Shown one piece after another: positions 1 to 8,728 of a stretch of 29,552 nucleotides of DNA. The DNA is from a virus (lineage: Duplodnaviria > Caudoviricetes). The notes below the pieces were generated by a model, which saw nothing but the letters and a program-made list of their open reading frames with translations, had not been told where the DNA came from and did no database searches. Within the stretch, counting starts at the first letter, position 1, and every line of letters starts with the position of its first letter. A program made the position numbers and the translations under genes. The stretch spans positions 1-29,552 of the IMG/VR virus record IMGVR_UViG_3300017963_000617. The stretch is one strand, 5' to 3'.

Positions 1-34
1 AAATTTCAAGACACCTTGATTTTTATTCTGAACA

Positions 35-376
35 CTACTGACGAACGACTTCAAAAATTCCACCCATAGAAACGACCAGATCTCCAAACGCCTGTTGCGC
101 CGGGTCGACCTTGCCGGACATCTTGATTTCCTTTGCGACGACCTGCGCGATTGTCATTCCGACCATTTCGTTCGTTATTTCAACCGCGCGCCAACCGACC
201 AGATCTGACCAACCCTTCGGTGCGGCGCGCAACGGTCGCGGATTTTTAAGGATAAGAATATTTCCTTCGCGCCGGACGGTTTCACCTTGCCAACCGACGC
301 CCGCGTTGATCCGAAAAAGACGCGTGTCGGAAGGTAAGTCCTTCAGAATTTCGCGAATTTTCTGACCTTCGCGCAT
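35..376 (-). CDS. VRR-NUC-family (PD-(D/E)xK) nuclease
   Basis: 113 aa. RLFRINAG, GWSDLVG, xEIK and QxxF...GG motifs are typical of stand-alone phage VRR-NUC proteins. The ATG overlaps the upstream TAA (TAATG). Confidence 0.75.
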   Translation of the reverse strand: MREGQKIREILKDLPSDTRLFRINAGVGWQGETVRREGNILILKNPRPLRAAPKGWSDLVGWRAVEITNEMVGMTIAQVVAKEIKMSGKVDPAQQAFGDLVVSMGGIFEVVRQ

Positions 377-813
377 TAATCACAATCCGCGTTCGCGCAA
401 GGATCTTTTCCGCGCTTCAAGCGCCGAAGGTTTCTGTCAACCAACCAATCATAAAGCTTTTCACGCTTGCGCCGGTCACGAATGCTTGAAGTGACTCGTT
501 TCGCTTCGTCGCGAGCGAAGGCTTTATGTTGAACCGATTGAATTTCGCCAACGGTTTTTTTGACGCCTTGAATCGCTTCGGAATTTTCCTTGACGTTGTC
601 CTTCAGTCGATTAAACCGCTTCCCGCCGCGATCTATTATCGTCTGACGCGATTGTTCAATTCGTTGGTCGACGTCTTCCTTGTCATAGTATTTCATACCT
701 AAAATGAAAGAAAAACCCGCAAGCAAACAACCACCAATAAATAGGATATTTTTCATTGTGGACGAAACCCACTGAACAGAACGCGAAAAGGTCGATTTTG
801 AATTATTTTTCAT
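376..813 (-). CDS. Single-pass membrane-anchored coiled-coil protein (possible lysis accessory or i-spanin-like)
   Basis: Hydrophobic ILFIGGCLLAGFSFILGM followed by a charged helical region and two C-terminal Cys; directly downstream of the transglycosylase. Function is inferred from position only. Confidence 0.4.
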   Translation of the reverse strand: MKNNSKSTFSRSVQWVSSTMKNILFIGGCLLAGFSFILGMKYYDKEDVDQRIEQSRQTIIDRGGKRFNRLKDNVKENSEAIQGVKKTVGEIQSVQHKAFARDEAKRVTSSIRDRRKREKLYDWLVDRNLRRLKRGKDPCANADCD

Positions 814-1297
814 GTCGTTCGCCTTTGAATTTATTGATTGCCCATTGATAATGTCGCCACCTGGCGCGCGGCCGGGTCAAAACCGGTCGGCACTTGCCCG
901 ACATATATCGGTTTATCGCTTCCAGAATCGACGGACAGCGCCGAAGGCATGCCGACAGGTATTCGACGCCGTGTCTGATTTCGTCGGCGACAGACGTCAA
1001 CCTGCGGCCTTTTAACGCTATGCCGTGAACCTGCATCAATCCAAGTTCGCCCTTTTTGCCGACGACGCCGGGTCGAAAACTGGATTCAAATTGGATCATG
1101 ACGGCGGTCAGCATGGGATCAACCTTGTTTTCCGCTGATATTGTAATTATCGGATTGACCAATTCCAGCGCAGACGCGCGTTTTGAAGGGCGGACGTCTT
1201 GCTTGTTGTGATCAATATAGGCGCGAACCGCGTCGGTTTCGGTCGCCCAAACCGGCAATGATGCAAGTAAAAGGGCGATTGCAACGTAAAATCGCAT
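803..1297 (-). CDS. SLT-family lytic transglycosylase (endolysin) with N-terminal signal peptide
   Basis: Motifs QFESSF (catalytic Glu), GLMQV and RYMSG (variant of AYNAG). Start re-called to ATG 1297 (MRFYVAIALLLASLPVWA), just after the fibre stop at 1299; the track start at 1393 overlaps the fibre gene. Confidence 0.85.
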   Translation of the reverse strand: MRFYVAIALLLASLPVWATETDAVRAYIDHNKQDVRPSKRASALELVNPIITISAENKVDPMLTAVMIQFESSFRPGVVGKKGELGLMQVHGIALKGRRLTSVADEIRHGVEYLSACLRRCPSILEAINRYMSGKCRPVLTRPRARWRHYQWAINKFKGERHEK

Positions 1298-1298
1298 A

Positions 1299-2741
1299 TT
1301 AGACCAGCATCGCGTGAGGTATCCGGCGAACGTATCCGGAACCGGTTTCTGAGGGGTCTCGCCGGACAATTGCCCAAACGTCGCGACCGTCAAATTTCAT
1401 TCGACCGATGTCCTGTTGAAACGCGTAGCTTCCCAGTTCTGACGGATTCGTAAATGACGTCATGTAGGGATCAGGGTTGAAGACCGCGTTCCCGGTGTCA
1501 TAGTCGCCTGGAAATTCGCGAAGTGGAAACCGCGAACAACCGACATATTGATCCGCGCCCGCCTGCGTCGGTTCCAAACTACACAACCAAGCGTTTGTCC
1601 CGTCAAAACAAGCGACCGCAGCGCTGACCTTCGGTGAATTGAACGCAATTGAACTGTCCGCGACCGGGTCGAAAACACGAAGCGAAGACGTCGGCGTCGG
1701 GCTGAATACCCAAAACAGATCGCCGTCGCATATAATCGGGCCGACGTCGCCGGTAATGATTTTCGGCGTCGTTGTGAAACCCGGATCTCCCAAACCCGGA
1801 ATCGAAGCGGCACAATAATAAATTGTCCCCGATTTCGCGCTGAAAACTATCACTGACCCGTTCGACGCGATTCCGCCCATTGGACCGCTTGAAGGACTTA
1901 GTCCGCCGGGTGCGTCGCCGTCGCCTTCGGCGACAAGCGTTCCGTCGGTTCTAAGTAGTAACGCCAGGACGCCCGCGCCGCCGGTTGTTAAGTAGTCCTT
2001 TTTTACTACAATGTGATCGTCGTCCGCGACTATCATCATTGAATTATTTAGCGAACCCGTTCCCGTTAAAAGCGTTCCGGCGGAACTCCAACCTGACCGA
2101 ACCGAATAATCTGAAATTCGATAACAACAGACGCGCGACGGTTGATTCGGCGACAATGCCGTATCGGTAAAGGTCACGTAAACGTAAACCCCGTCAGAAC
2201 AAAAACTTGTCGGTTTCCAGGTTCCCGCCGGAAACCCGGCCGCTAAAAGAGAACCGGAATTGTCGATTTCGGCGGTCAGATCTTCAGGGTCGTATTTGTG
2301 AATTCGATTGTTTGTAGCTTCAAGTATCAACAGAAGTCGATTTCCTGCGTCGTCAAATCCGACTTCCAATCCTTCAAGCTGCGCCGTCGCACCCAGAAAA
2401 ATCTGATTTCCAGCGCTCCAAGGGTGCGAAATCGGCGCGCCGTCGCCGGACGCGGAAAACAACCCGGTCGCGACTTGTTCGTTTGTCGCGCGCGGTGAAA
2501 TTGTCTGCCCGGCGAACAACCGACGAAGGGCGTTCAACCGTTGCGACGCGTCAGACGCTTCGCTGTCGCCGCTTGGACTGAATCCCGCGTCTTTCATTAA
2601 CGCTTGCGACGCACCCCAAAGATCGTCAACTAGAACCTTTTGAATCGGCGTCCCGTCCGTTGACGACGGTCCGGTTGAATCCTTACTCGTGACGTCCGGA
2701 AACGCGCCTTGTGTATTGGCAATTGTTGAATAGTCTTTCAT
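1299..2741 (-). CDS. Tail fibre/receptor-binding protein with probable beta-propeller C-terminus
   Basis: The N-terminus (DGTP...DDLWG..QALMKDAG..PSG..E...SQRL.AL) resembles baseplate-attachment domains of myophage fibres. Repeated blade motifs: FCSDGVYVY, IASNGSVIV, IICDGDLFW, ACFDGTNAW, MKFDGRDVW. Follows the gp48-like gene. Confidence 0.75.
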   Translation of the reverse strand: MKDYSTIANTQGAFPDVTSKDSTGPSSTDGTPIQKVLVDDLWGASQALMKDAGFSPSGDSEASDASQRLNALRRLFAGQTISPRATNEQVATGLFSASGDGAPISHPWSAGNQIFLGATAQLEGLEVGFDDAGNRLLLILEATNNRIHKYDPEDLTAEIDNSGSLLAAGFPAGTWKPTSFCSDGVYVYVTFTDTALSPNQPSRVCCYRISDYSVRSGWSSAGTLLTGTGSLNNSMMIVADDDHIVVKKDYLTTGGAGVLALLLRTDGTLVAEGDGDAPGGLSPSSGPMGGIASNGSVIVFSAKSGTIYYCAASIPGLGDPGFTTTPKIITGDVGPIICDGDLFWVFSPTPTSSLRVFDPVADSSIAFNSPKVSAAVACFDGTNAWLCSLEPTQAGADQYVGCSRFPLREFPGDYDTGNAVFNPDPYMTSFTNPSELGSYAFQQDIGRMKFDGRDVWAIVRRDPSETGSGYVRRIPHAMLV

Positions 2742-2750
2742 TGTTTCACC

Positions 2751-3542
2751 TTAAACATAGTTGACCACCAAACCCGCCCATGAATGAAGCGGTTTATATT
2801 TCAAAATTATTTTCAAAAACGCCGACCGGCGTTCCGTCGGGATATTCGCCGGAACGATTGTTGTCGGTCCGGTCCGATTTCCGCCAACGAAGAAGATAAA
2901 ATTCCAACGTCGCGGATCGGTTGGAATATGATATCCAACAGGCGTCCGGTTCATGTCGCGGAAGAATCCAAGAACCGCGTTCGCGTTTCCGGTGACAAAC
3001 GGCCCGTCGCATTGCATAAGGATCGCCGGTTGTTGTGTTTCGACCAGTTCGCCGTTTACAAGAAGATCGTCGTCAGTGATTATCAGCGCCGGGTCAACAA
3101 TCGGGTCGTTCGCGTGAACCTGCGCGGTGAACCCGGCCGCCGTCAAGGCGTCTTGAAGGTCGTCAAGCGACCCGGTTCCGGGTTTAGCATATACAACCGA
3201 ATGAAGTTCCTGACGCCGAACGTCTTCGTCAATCGCCGTGTCAGTGACAATCCCGTATTCTTTTTCAAGGTCGGACAGGATAGGCGTCAAAAGCGGTTCG
3301 CGGATATACGCAAGGGCCTTCATGAAGTTATAGAGGTATTGCCAATTATTCCCGCGCGCATAAATGAATTTATCAAATTCACCGTCGGGAACCGGGCGCC
3401 AGATAGATCCGGGCGGAAGTAACGCCTTGAAAACGGCGTTCATGAACTTGGGATCTTGTTTTAGCGTTCCGGTTCCATGGTCGACGCTTCCCCATGGTTC
3501 GTCAAACCCATAACCGCCTAAACCGTATCCCGCTGGACTCAT
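2751..3542 (-). CDS. Baseplate wedge protein, Mu gp48/YmfQ (DUF2313)-like
   Basis: ALLPPGSIW, LSDLEKEYGI and C-terminal LKYKPLHSWA motifs. Start re-called to ATG 3542, which overlaps the upstream TAA (TAATG). Confidence 0.75.
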   Translation of the reverse strand: MSPAGYGLGGYGFDEPWGSVDHGTGTLKQDPKFMNAVFKALLPPGSIWRPVPDGEFDKFIYARGNNWQYLYNFMKALAYIREPLLTPILSDLEKEYGIVTDTAIDEDVRRQELHSVVYAKPGTGSLDDLQDALTAAGFTAQVHANDPIVDPALIITDDDLLVNGELVETQQPAILMQCDGPFVTGNANAVLGFFRDMNRTPVGYHIPTDPRRWNFIFFVGGNRTGPTTIVPANIPTERRSAFLKIILKYKPLHSWAGLVVNYV

Positions 3543-3856
3543 TAGTTCACCGGATCTAGTATTTTCCAAACCGCGCCTTGAATAAGCGGATTGTAGTATT
3601 TCGCGACAAGGGCCTTCAGATCTTGAATATCTTCAGCGCGCAGGTCGACTTCGTCGCCGTCGTGTATTTTCTGCGCCAACTGATAACGCGTGAATTTTTT
3701 CTGTGCGTCGGCGTCCTGGTCGTTTTCAAGAAGAACGTTTGTCAAAATAAGGCGAAGATCTAATTCGCTTCTTTTGGTTTCTGTCCCGTCGTTGATCGCG
3801 AGAAACAAAGGTTTTCCCGCTAGGTTGTTCAGCCTTGTCGTTGTTTTGATTTTCAT
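3542..3856 (-). CDS. Hypothetical small helical protein (possible fibre chaperone)
   Basis: 104 aa from ATG 3856 (MKIKTTTRL), preceded by GGAG at 3865-3868. Immediately downstream of the 975-aa fibre. Confidence 0.7.
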   Translation of the reverse strand: MKIKTTTRLNNLAGKPLFLAINDGTETKRSELDLRLILTNVLLENDQDADAQKKFTRYQLAQKIHDGDEVDLRAEDIQDLKALVAKYYNPLIQGAVWKILDPVN

Positions 3857-3938
3857 TTTTGTGTCTCCTGGTTTGCCTAGTTTAGCAAATGAAAAAAAAA
3901 TTGTGTTTTGCCGGGTCGCAACCCGACGCCTTTTATTG

Positions 3939-6866
3939 TTATAACCTTTCAATCTTTAAATTGATATCTTCAATCGTGAAATTCGTCGTGTCGGTTAGAC
4001 CTGAAATATAAAGTTCAACATGGTTTCCGCTTGTCAGCGAGGCGATTGTATCGCTTCCAAACGCGCCGAAGTCGCCCGCGCCGCCTGCGGCGAAAAGACG
4101 TTTGACATGCGCTGTCAATTCTGTGGCTTGCGCAGCTGTACCACCGCCAGTGTAAGCGGTAAACCCGGTCCCGTCGATGTTCGTTGAATTATCGTCCTGA
4201 AGCTCAAATGTTGAAGCGGTAACGTTCGCAACGGTGAATATCCGGTCGCTTATTTCCGTCATACCGCCGACTGACTTGATCGCGACCTTCTGACCGTTTG
4301 ACAACCCATGGCCCGACGCGGTGACAACAACCGGGTTCGCTTGCGTCGCCCCTGTGATCAATGTTTCTGTCGACGAAACCTCAAAAACAGAATATTCAAA
4401 AGTCTTATTTCCGACAGCCGATTCGCCTGACGCCGAAAAAGACACCGAATAATCGCGCGTTGCGCCAATTGTAACACGGTCGTTCGCCTGGTCGGAAACG
4501 CTGTCTTCGTCGGGAAGGTTTGTGTCGAACAGTGTGAACTTAAACCATGAATTCGCCAGTGTAATTGACGTTGACGTCGAATTGTCTTTGACAAAAATTC
4601 CGGCGTAATCTGGAAAAGGAATTTCAGATTTTAATTCGTTCAGCGCGCCGATCAAGGACGTCGCCGAAAAACCGGACAGAATTGTTTCGCCGGATTCGTT
4701 CAGCGTTATAGATCCAGATCGTGCAGTGAAATTGATATCGTCTTGCGCTGAAATCGCAATAGTTGCAAGACCTGAACCTGCGTTGTTTGCGGTAATCTGG
4801 ACAACTGAATTCGCCGTCGATGAAACGTTCGCTTGACGCGCCCTTATTTCAACTGTCGCAAGCGCCGAACCGGACGCGTTGCCCGTCGACCAAACATTGA
4901 CCGTCGAAGTTCCGGTTCCCTCGTTGTTTGAAAAAATTTGTGTTTCGGCATTTCCAGCGGCGCGCGTTATTGATTGAACGGTTGTTTTTGCCGCGCCGTT
5001 GCCGTTTTTCGTTTCGGATCTTAATCTTGCGGACGCGTCGCCGGTTGCGCCGTCTTCCTGAACACCTTCAACAGTAACAGTTGCGTTGCCGGACGCGCTG
5101 GGTAAACCTATAGTTGCTAACAATATATCAGCGGCGCCCGCGCCGGTTGCCTGATATGTAAACCCGCCGGTCCGACTCGTTGCGGTCGCATAACCGCCGA
5201 AAAATCCGTTTGAATCTCCAAATGAAATTATATTATAGGTTGTAGGCGAATTTAAGGAAATAGCATAACCGGTTGTTGTATTCCATGCACCCGTGGGGAT
5301 CGGATTGCTTGTTATTTCAAGAACATTTGAACGCGCGCCTGTTGTATCCTGATTTATTAGTTTTAATGCGACATGATCGCTTGGATCTTCCGCCGTGATA
5401 GTCCATTGGCTAGCGGATTCAACCGAATCGGCGTTTATTGAAATAATTCCGTCGCCTGCGCCAGCGTTCGCGGCGTCAAGAAACAACGTCAGGTCGCCCG
5501 CGTCGGAACCGCTGACGGCAAATCCGGAACTGACGTCTGATTCAAGGTCGATTGCGGTTGTCGCGTCAACGGACAACCCGTCGCCCGCGTTCTGCGGCGA
5601 CAGAACTGACGCCGCGCGGTTCCACAACGATTCCGCGACAATTTCCCCTTTCAGTTCGTTCAGCGCGCCGACAATCGACGTCGCGGTAAACGCGCCATCA
5701 AGGGTCGTTTCGTCTGATTCATTCAGGGTTATCGTTGCCGCGCGCGCGCCCAATGTTAGATCCGCGGTCGCGCCGGAAACCGTAAAATTTGAAGCGGCCG
5801 AGGCATCGATCGAAACCGCAACGGATTCAATTTCAAGCGTTGCCGTTGAACTGATTTTATGCGATCCGCCTCCGCTGAACGCAATCGCGTCGCCGCTTCC
5901 GGCGTTTTCAATCGATAAAACGTCGGGATCGTTCGTTGAATCGTTTTGAATCAACGAAAGCGGGACCGCGTTTTCGGTATCGGCGATCGTTATTTCAACC
6001 CGATCGCCTGCGGTTAGCGGCGACAAAACCGACCCGGCTCGATTCCAAAACACCGACGGAATAGAATCGTCGACATATTTCTTGATCGATTGTTGCGTTG
6101 CAAGCGCGGCCGGGTCGTCCGAAATCATGTCGTCTTCGTCGCGAATGATGTCAACCGCCGCACCGGCGGCGTCAAGCTTCAAGCTATCGCCGGAATTTTC
6201 AGGCGACAAAACCGACCCGGTTCGATTCCAGTAAAAAAGCTGTGTATTGTCGACTTTTTCCCAAACCGACCCGTTAAAAACCGCCCAGTCGCCAATTTGC
6301 CAGTCTGTTATTCCGTCAAGGTCTGTCGTTCCAGCGACCGAAACGACGTAATAATGACCAGTTGTTCCGGTGCTACTGACAAGCGTCGGCGTATTCGTCG
6401 ACGCGTTCCAGGTTCCTTGATACTGAAGCGCGCCGGAAACGCCCAGATCGGTTTCGTTGATCACTTCATTTAGTGAAGTTTTCCAACCGTCTACAGCGTC
6501 AAATTCCGTCTTTTCGCCCGCCGCCGGCGCGCGAAGCGCTTTGTTTTCTGTCGTAAACGCGACACCGTTCGTCGTTGACGCAACACCGTTGTTGCCAATA
6601 CAGCGGATTAGATAGGAACCCGGCGCCGCTTGCGTTGCGTCAAACGTCGGCGCTGGCGCCGCAGGGTCGGACAAAACCGCCGTCGCGCCTATTGGTTGAT
6701 CTAGGATTTCCCATAAATAGGAAGTTATCCCGACGGTTGAACCAAGGGACAGCGTCACCGTCACGGCGGAAGACCCGATTTTTGAATATGGAAAAACGCG
6801 CGCTTCGCCGGGAACGCCGGCGGGTTCGCCTGGAAGATCTATCGCAATTAGTGGATTTAATGGCAT
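3939..6866 (-). CDS. Long modular fibre/adhesin-like virion protein
   Basis: 975 aa, S/T/A/G-rich. N-terminal Ig/PKD-like segment (SYLWEILDQP...APTF...PGSYLIR), a YQGTWNASTNTP...GHYYVVS..GDW module, internal repeats, and a C-terminal C1q/BclA-like beta sandwich interrupted by an E1-FCCH-like domain. Confidence 0.75.
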   Translation of the reverse strand: MPLNPLIAIDLPGEPAGVPGEARVFPYSKIGSSAVTVTLSLGSTVGITSYLWEILDQPIGATAVLSDPAAPAPTFDATQAAPGSYLIRCIGNNGVASTTNGVAFTTENKALRAPAAGEKTEFDAVDGWKTSLNEVINETDLGVSGALQYQGTWNASTNTPTLVSSTGTTGHYYVVSVAGTTDLDGITDWQIGDWAVFNGSVWEKVDNTQLFYWNRTGSVLSPENSGDSLKLDAAGAAVDIIRDEDDMISDDPAALATQQSIKKYVDDSIPSVFWNRAGSVLSPLTAGDRVEITIADTENAVPLSLIQNDSTNDPDVLSIENAGSGDAIAFSGGGSHKISSTATLEIESVAVSIDASAASNFTVSGATADLTLGARAATITLNESDETTLDGAFTATSIVGALNELKGEIVAESLWNRAASVLSPQNAGDGLSVDATTAIDLESDVSSGFAVSGSDAGDLTLFLDAANAGAGDGIISINADSVESASQWTITAEDPSDHVALKLINQDTTGARSNVLEITSNPIPTGAWNTTTGYAISLNSPTTYNIISFGDSNGFFGGYATATSRTGGFTYQATGAGAADILLATIGLPSASGNATVTVEGVQEDGATGDASARLRSETKNGNGAAKTTVQSITRAAGNAETQIFSNNEGTGTSTVNVWSTGNASGSALATVEIRARQANVSSTANSVVQITANNAGSGLATIAISAQDDINFTARSGSITLNESGETILSGFSATSLIGALNELKSEIPFPDYAGIFVKDNSTSTSITLANSWFKFTLFDTNLPDEDSVSDQANDRVTIGATRDYSVSFSASGESAVGNKTFEYSVFEVSSTETLITGATQANPVVVTASGHGLSNGQKVAIKSVGGMTEISDRIFTVANVTASTFELQDDNSTNIDGTGFTAYTGGGTAAQATELTAHVKRLFAAGGAGDFGAFGSDTIASLTSGNHVELYISGLTDTTNFTIEDINLKIERL
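6019..6230. repeat. 29-bp direct repeat inside the fibre gene (6019-6047 and 6202-6230, 28/29 identical); diverged third copy at 5596-5624
   Basis: ggcgacaaaaccgacccgg(c/t)tcgattcca, encoding WNR(T/A)GSVLSP; spacing 183 nt keeps the reading frame. Confidence 0.9.
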
Positions 6867-6878
6867 TTTTTCACCTCG

Positions 6879-8276
6879 TTAAACAAAAATCACGCCGCCG
6901 GACTTCGCCATTTCGCCTTGTTTTAATACATAGGAAGGTATAAATATACCAACAACAAGACCGAAACCAACCGTTCCGGCGGAACCGCCGACGGGTTCGA
7001 TAATATCCTGAACAACCGACGAAACCGTCAAGTCGGTTATTGTGTTGTTTTTGTCCGACTCGAAATCAAGACCAGTTATAAACGGACGCATCTCGCGGGC
7101 GTATTCATCCAGCGCCGTTTCAATATCGCTTTCGACCTGCGTCTGAATTGCCGGGTCAACAACTAGGTCGCGAACTTCAAAATAAAACGTCGTCCGTTCT
7201 ATGGATTCGACAAAAAGCGTTTCGTCGGTCTCCCCCAAAGGCGGCCGGGTTCGCCCGGTGTCGGGATTTGTATTTATATTGTCGCGAACGCTCGCAAGCA
7301 ACGCAGGCGGCGCGATTCCGTCCGGATCGATACTTGAAACCGCTTCGACAAAAACCGTCCGGTCGCCAGGAAGCGACTCGTTGTCGCAAACAACGGTCGG
7401 ACCTGCGCCTTCGTTTGCAATAGTCGCCGCAAGCGTCATTTTGTTCGCCGCGACCGAATTGATCGCATAAATCCCGTCATTACTTGCCGACCCTTGAACG
7501 TTGACGGCGTGACCAACTGCAAATTCCGCGTCGGTGAAATCGGTTGTTGTCGAATTGATCGAATTATCCGCACTGGAAAAGAAAATATCCGAACCCGTGA
7601 CCGTGTATTGTCGCGGTTTTCCGGCATATGGAAACGCGTTTTCAACGCCGGTTGTTTGTTCCGCCCAGGTCCGATAGTCCGCCGAATTCCCGCCGCCGCC
7701 GACCGTCCTGATTTCGGTCAGGATTCGCCGCCGATATGATTCGTCACTTTCTTTTTCAACCCCTAGTTCGTTGACAGCCGTTACCGTTCCGACGGTTGAA
7801 ATTCCGGGTGTCTGCGTTCCAATCGTCAATGTGTCGCTGACTTCAAGATTTCCCGCCGGGCCGGTTGTCCGCGCGGTGATATCCAGCGTTACGACGCCGC
7901 CCGCTTCGCTTACGCTTGCGTCGGCCTTGTATCGTTCATTGTTTGCGTCGCCGACCCAATCGACCGTCGAAGGAAGGTAAGCACTTGGATCGGCGTCCGC
8001 TTCGATTTCGAGGTTTGCGGCGTTCGCCGGTCGCCTATAGACACCGTAGTTTTCACCAATTCGATCAAGATCTTCGTCGGTCGCGGTCAGCGCCAGGTTT
8101 TGAAGAACGCGTTCGGCCGCGAACCTGAAAAGCGACGTTCCAAGAAGCGCGTCAATCGCGGCGCAAACCCGCAGAAATGCTCGAGGGATAAGCGGAACCG
8201 ATTGATTCAGCGAATTTTCGTAATTCGTAAGGAATAGATCTTTCAGTTCTTGCGTCGTTGGTATCTTTAGCGCCAT
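6879..8276 (-). CDS. Baseplate J / Mu gp47-like wedge protein with an 80-aa insertion
   Basis: TATDEDLDRIGENYG, GPAGNL, GVEKESDESYRRRIL and GGNSADYRTWA motifs of the baseplate J family. Confidence 0.92.
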   Translation of the reverse strand: MALKIPTTQELKDLFLTNYENSLNQSVPLIPRAFLRVCAAIDALLGTSLFRFAAERVLQNLALTATDEDLDRIGENYGVYRRPANAANLEIEADADPSAYLPSTVDWVGDANNERYKADASVSEAGGVVTLDITARTTGPAGNLEVSDTLTIGTQTPGISTVGTVTAVNELGVEKESDESYRRRILTEIRTVGGGGNSADYRTWAEQTTGVENAFPYAGKPRQYTVTGSDIFFSSADNSINSTTTDFTDAEFAVGHAVNVQGSASNDGIYAINSVAANKMTLAATIANEGAGPTVVCDNESLPGDRTVFVEAVSSIDPDGIAPPALLASVRDNINTNPDTGRTRPPLGETDETLFVESIERTTFYFEVRDLVVDPAIQTQVESDIETALDEYAREMRPFITGLDFESDKNNTITDLTVSSVVQDIIEPVGGSAGTVGFGLVVGIFIPSYVLKQGEMAKSGGVIFV

Positions 8277-8278
8277 GA

Positions 8279-8728
8279 TTAAACCTTTTTATGCGCCGGG
8301 TCGGTCGCCTGGTTGATCCAGTTTTCCCCGTATTTGGTCAAAAGAAGCGTTTCGACGTCCTGACCTGGCGGTTCGATCAAAATTTCGGTGACGCGCAACT
8401 GACCGGTCGGATTCGCCGTGTTCGCCTGAATACGCGTCGCGATTTTTTCCGTTATCATCCATGCAAGGGCCTTTTCCGCCGAATCTCGAAGGTTATTTAG
8501 GTTTGTAAGCGTCACCGGTTCGCGACCGTTAAATTCATAGTCAGAACCGATCTTTTGATTTTCGTCTTGAAACAACACGTTTCCACACCAACCGGGTTCA
8601 GTAAACAGCGAAATAAACGCGGCGTTTTCAAAACCCTGATCCATGACAGGCTGACCGGCATTAAACACAAGGTCTGAACCGTTTTCGGTCAAAATCAACT
8701 TTGGGTCTCCTTGAAATCTGTCCGCCAT
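8279..8728 (-). CDS. Baseplate protein, Mu gp46-like
   Basis: AAFISLFT..GWCG...IGS...AEKALAWM pattern; lies between the spike and J genes. Confidence 0.8.
   Translation of the reverse strand: MADRFQGDPKLILTENGSDLVFNAGQPVMDQGFENAAFISLFTEPGWCGNVLFQDENQKIGSDYEFNGREPVTLTNLNNLRDSAEKALAWMITEKIATRIQANTANPTGQLRVTEILIEPPGQDVETLLLTKYGENWINQATDPAHKKV

Noticed and set aside
3893-3927. Terminator after the long fibre gene
   Set aside because: The 7-bp stem is separated from the T-run by 9 nt and lies mid-operon; too weak to call.
3939-6866. Diversity-generating retroelement targeting the fibre
   Set aside because: No reverse transcriptase in the window, and I saw no ~100-bp repeat pair differing at adenines; the repeats are short in-frame protein repeats.
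7371-7610. Intein explanation for the duplicated 80-aa insert
   Set aside because: Too short, and lacks the N-terminal Cys/Ser start, TxxH block and terminal His-Asn.
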